Shown here piece by piece: positions 58,201-64,000 of a stretch of DNA of 64,000 nucleotides. The DNA lies in the sequence record NC_048196.1. One strand, written 5' to 3'. This DNA comes from Escherichia phage vB_EcoM_Schickermooser. The first letter of the stretch is position 1; every line of letters begins with the position of its first letter. Position numbers and translations under genes: made by a program. Below the pieces are notes generated by a model. The model was not told the origin of the DNA. It saw only the letters and a program-made list of their open reading frames with translations, and searched no databases.

Positions 58201-58273
58201 TTCCAGTAATGTTTCTGTAGGTAATACTGCGGTTATTCGCCCAACGCCAGTAGTAGATGTGCCAACAACCTAA
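55220..58273 (+). CDS. tailspike / receptor-binding protein (1017 aa)
   Basis: Long Gly/Asn/Thr-rich repetitive region suggestive of beta-helix. Confidence 0.5.
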   Translation: MATFPTYPATSLEQGVDLVIFSSNQLHDVINGSATESIETESGLIPTLRKALVDNFFFKSPLDWAQGTNETVFNQLRYFQNGVLSGYYYAPNATLVNPIPMQGTPVGDNNWVLWGLKTEQLATEVTPWVYSGATGYETVISPPYIFDSAIVTINGVIQVLGEAFRIEDSKIILSEPLGHDPATGLPNKLFAYIGKIVASADTDPNLENRLVSLETKTEELTESMDKVPLQTIARKYGLLDDEVAYATAGQSLTGIKALYDPVAQSSYTLPPNITGTLTSLSVSGVMTYSGGSVDLSALAVERGQFVHLPTSFGNNVTLTAKNQTIGRGAGRYRWAGSLPKSILASDTLETSGGLGPNAWVLTNTEGLLTPRGGTYNDLFDVVYLSEFANNTTTYTTPEAAFQAALLAAKASKSKILDAYGCDMTFTTSSFDIQGITLRGGVFRGQRDYRVQNATVEGTTFRNSRVMYWGGAVRMFDCLWDGAPRAGQVGSLVFQGNPISGTFEIDNCTFKNGLYGILQQGTGEPVTRGVFRNLTFMDMQGDAIELNVINKHYDDGCVIENIYLSNIDGTNAPIPLSNWGIGIGVAGKGPYGYGIPDDQYCKNITIRNVFAKRCRQIVHVEVGRNISIENIHGDPDQTVSVGTGLATGAVVMYGSKDFTIDGVYGEPKTDGSTLASNIRMIYLEWGTNAVLDEEGNPVVPAQGRPSNPCFNYSVRNIHTKTGRVFAGVSAGPGYENRVSFENIRCAALQLFGIASWLSMSNITCNIFDCVGQPESGPGTFYDGFFRREKSVLEMVNVNCYPDGKTMVTGRPQWSRCRYSDIHRVNCNVEANMYTNIAGGIGAIVGTTGKVYYLEPNPSRNIDGMHFPTGKEFDKGDMIVKADNTFFLVTTSGAYIPDIPAFGIRATQAGDTFLTQNLTPNGTATNASWLYHYPLSAGTRIRIPGAGVGGADLDTVITRAPYQDNDTWTNPVKIDIADPIVTPTSAGVRIKTIPNDSSNVSVGNTAVIRPTPVVDVPTT

Positions 58274-58279
58274 TGGAAT

Positions 58280-58302
58280 AGAGGGGGATTCCCCCTCTTC
58301 TT
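58280..58302 (+). terminator. hairpin terminator, weak T-run
   Basis: GAGGGGGATTCCCCCTC. Confidence 0.4.
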
Positions 58303-58334
58303 CCAATAGAATGGTCTAATGATAGGAGAGATAA

Positions 58335-60359
58335 ATGAATTTAACAAGACCTAATAGTGCGATAGCCGATCTGGTAGAAGCTACTTATCGAAAACGTCGC
58401 AGCTTTGAGGCAGGTTTTACATTACGTAATTCCCGTGAAGTTTTGCTGTTAGCAGCAGAAGGGAATTATTACCAATGGAAAGGAACTTTTCCTAAAGTGG
58501 TTCCAGCAAACTCTACGCCAGCCACCACAGGTGGTATTTCTTCCCTTGCATGGCAAAGTGTTGGGACCGCTGATGATATAGCAATTATCAATGCCAAGTT
58601 TACGGCAATGCAGCAACAAATTGATGATCTGTCGGAAACAATACCTGAAGCTGGTAAATCGGCTTATCAGATCGCACTTGATAATGGTTTTGTTGGAACA
58701 GAAGCACAGTGGCTTGCCTCTTTGAAAGGGGATACTGGTGCTCAACTTAATATTAAAGGATCATTAGCAAGTACTAGTGAACTACCATCCACAGGTAACG
58801 TTGCAGGGGATGGTTATATCGTAGGTGATGTAATCTACGCTTGGGATGGTTCTGTTTGGAAACTTATTTCTTCTCTTGGGCCAGAAGGTAAATCAGCTTA
58901 CGAGGTATGGTTGGCAGATGGTAATACAGGATCTGTTTATGATTTCCTTACCTCTATAAAAGGTGATAAAGGCGATGTTGGTCCTACAGGGCCACAGGGA
59001 GCACCTGGTGTTAACGCCAACGGTTTTGATTATCGTGGAGATTTGCCTTCTACAAGTAACTTACCACAACCTAACTCTGAAAACGTAAGCCAAGCTTATT
59101 CTATCAATGGAAATCTTTATGTCTCTAATGGGACAGCTTGGGTCAACATGGGTAATATTGTTGGTCCTCAAGGTCCACAAGGTGAGGCAGGTAAAGACGG
59201 TCTAGATGGAACAGATGGAGATGAAGGGAAATCTGCATATCAAAGTTGGCTGGATGCTGGTAATGAAGGGACAGAAGTAGATTTTATTGCCTCGCTTAAA
59301 GGTCCAAAAGGAGACAAGGGTGATCAAGGAGAGCAAGGTCCACAAGGTGAATTAGGTCCACAAGGACCAGTAGGTGCAACAGGATCAGGCTTAGAGATTA
59401 TCGGGGTTCTGAACAGCGAAGCTGAACTTCCTCCGACTGGAGAAGTAGGTGACGCATATAAAATTAATAATGATTTATATGTTTGGGTCCAAGATGCTAC
59501 GGAATGGATGAATGTTGGCAGTCTTGGAGGAACATCAATTACAGCTAAAGGTCATGTTCCGAACAGTGAAGCTCTCCCTGTTTACAATAACTATGGTGAT
59601 GCTTACTTAACTGAAGACACTAGTAATCTTTACATCTATACCTACGATCAAGACACCAATTCCGCATCTTTTGTTGACATGGGAAGTATTAAAGGCGACA
59701 AAGGTGAAAAAGGGGATAAAGGAGATAAGGGTGATCCTGGAACAAACGGAACCAACGGTACTGATGGGACCAACGGTAAGGATGGCGCACAGTGGTTTGT
59801 AGCAACAACTAATCCAGTCACAGGAGACGGTGTTATCAATGATTACGCCTTCAATACTACCACTGGAGCAGTATTTAAGAAAACAGATTCTTCTACGTGG
59901 ACACTTATAGGAACTCTTCCTAGTATACCAGAAGCCCCTCAAGACGGCTTGACGTATGGTCGTTCTGATGGAAACTGGATCGAACTATCAGGATCAGATC
60001 CTACGGAAGCTATAACACCAACTAGAGTTACAGCAGGTTTCATGGAACTTGAAACAACTACTGCCAACTCTGGAGCATCTTGGACTCCTTCTGGAACTTC
60101 CAATATGTATGTTGTTACAGTAACTGACGCTCTGACAGTTGGAGCATGGCCTGGTGTCACTGGCTCTACAAAACCTAAAGCGTTTTCAGCAATGATTTAT
60201 TTGATTCAAGATACAACGGGACACACGGTTACACTAGATGCGTCTTATGGAGCACTAAATGATACAGAAATAGCAACTACTGCTAACGCAGTAACAATTT
60301 TGCAATTAACGTATCCTGGTGTGGGTGATATCGTGGACATGGTTGTTGTAACACGATAA
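58335..60359 (+). CDS. tail fibre with collagen-like Gly-X-Y repeats (674 aa)
   Basis: GPQGPQGEAGKDGLDGTDGDEG, KGDKGEKGDKGDKGDPGTNGTNGTDG and three copies of GKSAY...KGDKGD module. Confidence 0.55.
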   Translation: MNLTRPNSAIADLVEATYRKRRSFEAGFTLRNSREVLLLAAEGNYYQWKGTFPKVVPANSTPATTGGISSLAWQSVGTADDIAIINAKFTAMQQQIDDLSETIPEAGKSAYQIALDNGFVGTEAQWLASLKGDTGAQLNIKGSLASTSELPSTGNVAGDGYIVGDVIYAWDGSVWKLISSLGPEGKSAYEVWLADGNTGSVYDFLTSIKGDKGDVGPTGPQGAPGVNANGFDYRGDLPSTSNLPQPNSENVSQAYSINGNLYVSNGTAWVNMGNIVGPQGPQGEAGKDGLDGTDGDEGKSAYQSWLDAGNEGTEVDFIASLKGPKGDKGDQGEQGPQGELGPQGPVGATGSGLEIIGVLNSEAELPPTGEVGDAYKINNDLYVWVQDATEWMNVGSLGGTSITAKGHVPNSEALPVYNNYGDAYLTEDTSNLYIYTYDQDTNSASFVDMGSIKGDKGEKGDKGDKGDPGTNGTNGTDGTNGKDGAQWFVATTNPVTGDGVINDYAFNTTTGAVFKKTDSSTWTLIGTLPSIPEAPQDGLTYGRSDGNWIELSGSDPTEAITPTRVTAGFMELETTTANSGASWTPSGTSNMYVVTVTDALTVGAWPGVTGSTKPKAFSAMIYLIQDTTGHTVTLDASYGALNDTEIATTANAVTILQLTYPGVGDIVDMVVVTR

Positions 60360-60362
60360 CAG

Positions 60363-60387
60363 AAGCCCCGAAAGGGGCTTTCTTTTT
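60363..60387 (+). terminator. rho-independent terminator
   Basis: AAGCCCCGAAAGGGGCTTTCTTTTT. Confidence 0.6.
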
Positions 60388-60400
60388 ATGGAGGGTTTAA

Positions 60401-63076
60401 ATGTTTCCAATTCCAATATTTACTATTATGACCAGCACTGGTGTCGTTCCTCTGCCAGCAGGTATTGTTAAAAAAGTAATCACTCTAGATTACCCAGATA
60501 ATGCTGGCAATTCTAATAGCAGTTTAGCAATTTTGCTTAATGATGGTAGATTGTTTACTCAAGGCGCAAACCTTTTTGGTGAGATTGCAGATGGAACTCG
60601 TAGTGCACGATTCAATAATTTCCACTTAGCTTCTACTGTAGTAGCGGATGTGTTTACCGCAGATCGTTGTTTTGTTATTAAAACTAACAGTGGGGGATGG
60701 CAATATTCAGGATTGACAGCAGGGTTGGTAGGATCTATAGCAGCAGGTGGTACGGATGCATGTGTAACCACTTGGACCAGCTTTCCATCTGTAATAACAG
60801 GGACTATCTCTTTAGCCAATCTTAAAGAGGTTAAGGGAGGATATAACAATACTCTCTGGTTAATGAATAGTGGTGTTCTTTATGGATCGGGTCAAAACAC
60901 AGTAGGCAGTTTAGGTGCAAGCACTACTAACGAAGTTTCTACTCCTCGTCAGATAACAAGCGCAGCAGTTGCTTTTGATGCAGGTTACAACCAATGTTCT
61001 TATGTCAACAATGTGGGAACCTTGCGTGTTTGTGGAGCCAGTAAAGGTTTAGCAGGTAATAATAACACAACAACAGCTTTTGTCAATGCCAAGATATCCG
61101 CTACTGAAACAGTGTATGTCAAAGATTACATCAATACAGTTTCCCAGACAATAGTTGTAGGAGATACCTCCGGTGGCACGGGTACAGTAAACTACTTATA
61201 TGTTAGATCTAATACAGAAACAACCTACACTAAACTGGATACCTTTGCAGCAGGTTTCTCAACATGGAAGTTTCCACCAAGCCGCCACTCTTTTTTCGTT
61301 GGGATTAATAATTCCTTGTGGGCTATTGGTAAGAACTACACTGCAAACTTAGGTTTGGGGTATGATTCTGCGAGCGGAGATCCACTCCAAGTGGGAAAAC
61401 CAGTTAAACCTGAAGGAGTGGGTTCTTGGGATATAAACAAGCTCACAAGCGTTCATACGCTGAATATGGATGTTACTAACCAATTAGGTTATCAAGGAAC
61501 CTTTTTCGTTTATAATGGAGATATGTATTATTCCGGTATTTGGAAAGATGGGAAAGCCTCGTATCTGTTCAATAGTGGTCTAAACTATAATAAATTCACA
61601 CCAATAGCAAGCTCCGTGATTACGGGCGATATTCTGGCAACTGGCTTAACTACAGATTCTTTAGGAATTTGTATTGTAGGTGGAACTAAACAGTTGACAC
61701 ATTCTGTTAGCCCAGAAGGAGGTAAACTTTTCAATATTAAATACACTTCTTCTGCCCCTGCAAACATGACAATATCATCTACTGGTTTAATGACTTTCCA
61801 TGCAGAAGGTGGTTTTGATGCAGGTATGACAGCCTTAAACGCTGAAGGAACAACTTTATCAGATACCTCTGGAGGATATGCTTCAACATTGAGCGTTTAC
61901 ACCCCTAGCTTATCTGCGATGGATGTAGGAACAACACAAACAATGGTAGCAGAAATAACGCCAACAGGAGCAGCAAGCTTACCTGGTATGGTTGTTGAGT
62001 ATTTCTCTAATGACCCTACGGTAGCAACAGTTGACCCCGTTACAGGCGTTATTACAGCGGTTGCTGATGGGGATTGTCGTATCGGTTGTAGAGCAACTTA
62101 TCAAGGTGTGGTAACTGCCGAAGATAGTTCTTATCTCGCAGTGAATGCTGTGGTGATTGTGATGGACTATGATTTGACGCAAGAAACTATTCCAACGGAT
62201 GTAAAGGTCAATAGGAGTAACCGTTATGCCAGGGCTTCTGGAGATATCCTTGTACCTACAGAGAGTTCTGCTCCCGTAGCACCTTTAGAATATGTTGGTA
62301 CAACTCCACAAGGTAGACGTGTTGTAGCAGCCAACCGTACACATATCTTTATCAACAATAACTTGACAACAGCTTCCCCGTGGTTGAAGACGAACTTGAC
62401 AGTCACAGCATCAACAATCAACTCTCCGGTTGGAACTACGGCTAACACTTACAAGTTAACACCTTCTACAACTTCAGGACAACATATTTTATCAGCAGTG
62501 AATACAGCCTCTGATATTACAGCAGGTAAGCACTGGGCGGCATCCGTATTCTTGAAGACAGACGGGATCACTAAAGTTAAACTCAAATTGACTTCAGGAG
62601 ATGAGATTAACGAAGGGACTTATGATCTTGTAGCTGGAACATTTACAGGTGCAGATGCAAACATAATCGATATGGGGAATGGTTGGTATCGTGTAATTCT
62701 ACACAAAGTGACAGTTGCCAAACAAGCATCTATAACCTATGAGATTATAGCTTTGAATGCAAGTGGATCAGACACTTTCGCAGGAGATGGTACGGCAGGT
62801 CTTATTGCTTGGGTTCCACAGCTTGAGATGGGTGATATGACAAATCCAGTTTGGGCGGGGACACCATTTGTTTGTTCTTATGCACGAGACACTACCAGTG
62901 CTGTTACCTTCACTATTCCTAAGAATGGACATACTGGCGTGGACATTTACCACACCGATGGTACTGTGCAACGAGAGGTCTTCACTGGTACAGCTACAAC
63001 TTGGATGTTGACGTTCACCGCCGCAAGTGCGGATTGGGGATCGAAGTTCATTACAGGTTTGAAATATTACGACTAA
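60401..63076 (+). CDS. tail fibre protein (891 aa)
   Basis: Gly/Thr/Ser-rich; last gene of rightward block. Confidence 0.5.
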   Translation: MFPIPIFTIMTSTGVVPLPAGIVKKVITLDYPDNAGNSNSSLAILLNDGRLFTQGANLFGEIADGTRSARFNNFHLASTVVADVFTADRCFVIKTNSGGWQYSGLTAGLVGSIAAGGTDACVTTWTSFPSVITGTISLANLKEVKGGYNNTLWLMNSGVLYGSGQNTVGSLGASTTNEVSTPRQITSAAVAFDAGYNQCSYVNNVGTLRVCGASKGLAGNNNTTTAFVNAKISATETVYVKDYINTVSQTIVVGDTSGGTGTVNYLYVRSNTETTYTKLDTFAAGFSTWKFPPSRHSFFVGINNSLWAIGKNYTANLGLGYDSASGDPLQVGKPVKPEGVGSWDINKLTSVHTLNMDVTNQLGYQGTFFVYNGDMYYSGIWKDGKASYLFNSGLNYNKFTPIASSVITGDILATGLTTDSLGICIVGGTKQLTHSVSPEGGKLFNIKYTSSAPANMTISSTGLMTFHAEGGFDAGMTALNAEGTTLSDTSGGYASTLSVYTPSLSAMDVGTTQTMVAEITPTGAASLPGMVVEYFSNDPTVATVDPVTGVITAVADGDCRIGCRATYQGVVTAEDSSYLAVNAVVIVMDYDLTQETIPTDVKVNRSNRYARASGDILVPTESSAPVAPLEYVGTTPQGRRVVAANRTHIFINNNLTTASPWLKTNLTVTASTINSPVGTTANTYKLTPSTTSGQHILSAVNTASDITAGKHWAASVFLKTDGITKVKLKLTSGDEINEGTYDLVAGTFTGADANIIDMGNGWYRVILHKVTVAKQASITYEIIALNASGSDTFAGDGTAGLIAWVPQLEMGDMTNPVWAGTPFVCSYARDTTSAVTFTIPKNGHTGVDIYHTDGTVQREVFTGTATTWMLTFTAASADWGSKFITGLKYYD

Positions 63077-63083
63077 TAAAAAA

Positions 63084-63112
63084 GGGAACCCGCAAAGGTT
63101 CCCTTTTCTTTT
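63084..63112. terminator. bidirectional terminator between convergent genes
   Basis: GGGAACCCGCAAAGGTTCCC flanked by A-run upstream and T-run downstream. Confidence 0.6.
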
Positions 63113-63139
63113 ATAAAAACTCTTTATAAATCAATAAGA

Positions 63140-64000
63140 TCAGAATGGAATATCATCGTCGAAGTCCATTGGAGGTTCTTCTTGATTACTTGGAGTTGGT
63201 TCTGGTTGTGGTTCAGGTTTCTTAACTTCTTTCTTCTCTTCTTTCTTAGGCTGTTCTGCGGAACCACGAATGGCAGCAGCAACTTTATCAGACAGAGCCA
63301 GAACTTTACGAGCAGAATCAATCAGATCTTCTACAGAGACAGTCTTGATGGTATGGTCTTTACAAGCATTGAGAATAGCGTGACCAACAGATGCCCCAAG
63401 ATCATAATCATTAATATCAACGCCACGAGATTCAGCAATTTCAGATTTCAGCGTGACAGTTGCAGATTGAACAACCCCAGCGATATCGAAAGCATCGCCT
63501 TTAACACCATTACGAATCAGTTCCAGTGCACCATTTACTGCGTGACCAGTTTCCAGACCTACAGTATCACGTTTTTTATAGGACTGCTTAGGAGCAGCAT
63601 CGTTGGAACCTTTATTGCCAGAAGATTTGTTAGACTTCTGAACACCATCGGTAGACAATACTGTAATACGAGATTTTTTAGTATTGTAGTAAGTTTTACC
63701 GCCTTTATTATCAACGCGATCAATATCAATACTTACTTCTACACCTTTTTCAATAGTGATCCAATTATCACCTTCTTTGACTTGCAGGTTTTCATAACCT
63801 TCTTTCAGTTCAATGTCACCAAGAGAAATCCAAACACCTTTCTCATCTGGTTTAGCACCTTTCTCTTTCAGAACAAGAGAAGCTCGGTGAGTTGAAACAA
63901 TCGTTTTTCCTTCCCAATGGAAGGTTTTAGGTTCAGCGAATTTATCCAGTTTAACGTAGTCTACGATACCAGTTGCATAAGTTACGGTTTTGCCTTTACG
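63140..64000 (-). CDS. ssb: single-stranded DNA-binding protein, partial (5' end beyond window)
   Basis: C-terminus ...EEPPMDFDDDIPF; frame stays open upstream of track start (TTG at 63658) to window edge. Confidence 0.5.
   Translation of the reverse strand, partial: RKGKTVTYATGIVDYVKLDKFAEPKTFHWEGKTIVSTHRASLVLKEKGAKPDEKGVWISLGDIELKEGYENLQVKEGDNWITIEKGVEVSIDIDRVDNKGGKTYYNTKKSRITVLSTDGVQKSNKSSGNKGSNDAAPKQSYKKRDTVGLETGHAVNGALELIRNGVKGDAFDIAGVVQSATVTLKSEIAESRGVDINDYDLGASVGHAILNACKDHTIKTVSVEDLIDSARKVLALSDKVAAAIRGSAEQPKKEEKKEVKKPEPQPEPTPSNQEEPPMDFDDDIPF

Noticed and set aside
1-64000. Integrase, repressor or attachment site
   Set aside because: No tyrosine/serine recombinase-like ORF or CI-like repressor recognised; gene content suggests a virulent phage, though only part of the genome is visible.

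Overview
AT-rich 64 kb window from a virulent contractile-tailed phage whose host is likely an enterobacterium (inferred from sigma70-type promoters, host-like codon usage in capsid/sheath genes and an SSB ending in the E. coli SSB tail PPMDFDDDIPF). Coordinates 1-22491 are a minus-strand early/nucleotide-metabolism block: a complete dTDP-L-rhamnose pathway (rmlB-rmlA-rmlC-rmlD), nrdA/nrdB, thyX-like, a nucleotidase, DNA ligase, a three-gene RNA end-healing/sealing set (metallophosphoesterase, Rnl1-like RNA ligase, Pnk-like kinase), exonucleases and many small ORFs. A divergent control region (22492-22968) with GTACT repeats and AT-rich palindromes separates it from the plus-strand block. A tRNA array (23947-25871) has at least 12 tRNAs, three copies of an AACTATTGACAA promoter and unexplained spacers. 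The plus-strand late block (25985-63076) holds spanins, a large terminase apparently interrupted by a mini-intein in its P-loop, portal, scaffold, decoration and major capsid proteins, sheath, tube, frameshifted tail chaperone, tape measure, baseplate proteins and tail fibres/spike. A minus-strand SSB gene begins at the right edge. Overall organisation loosely resembles Felix O1-like myoviruses, but that is from memory only. All calls come from manual reading of the sequence and ORF track; no database search was run. The most unusual items are the phage-borne rml operon, the terminase intein and a tRNA with an Asn-type GTT anticodon arm on a long-variable-arm body.
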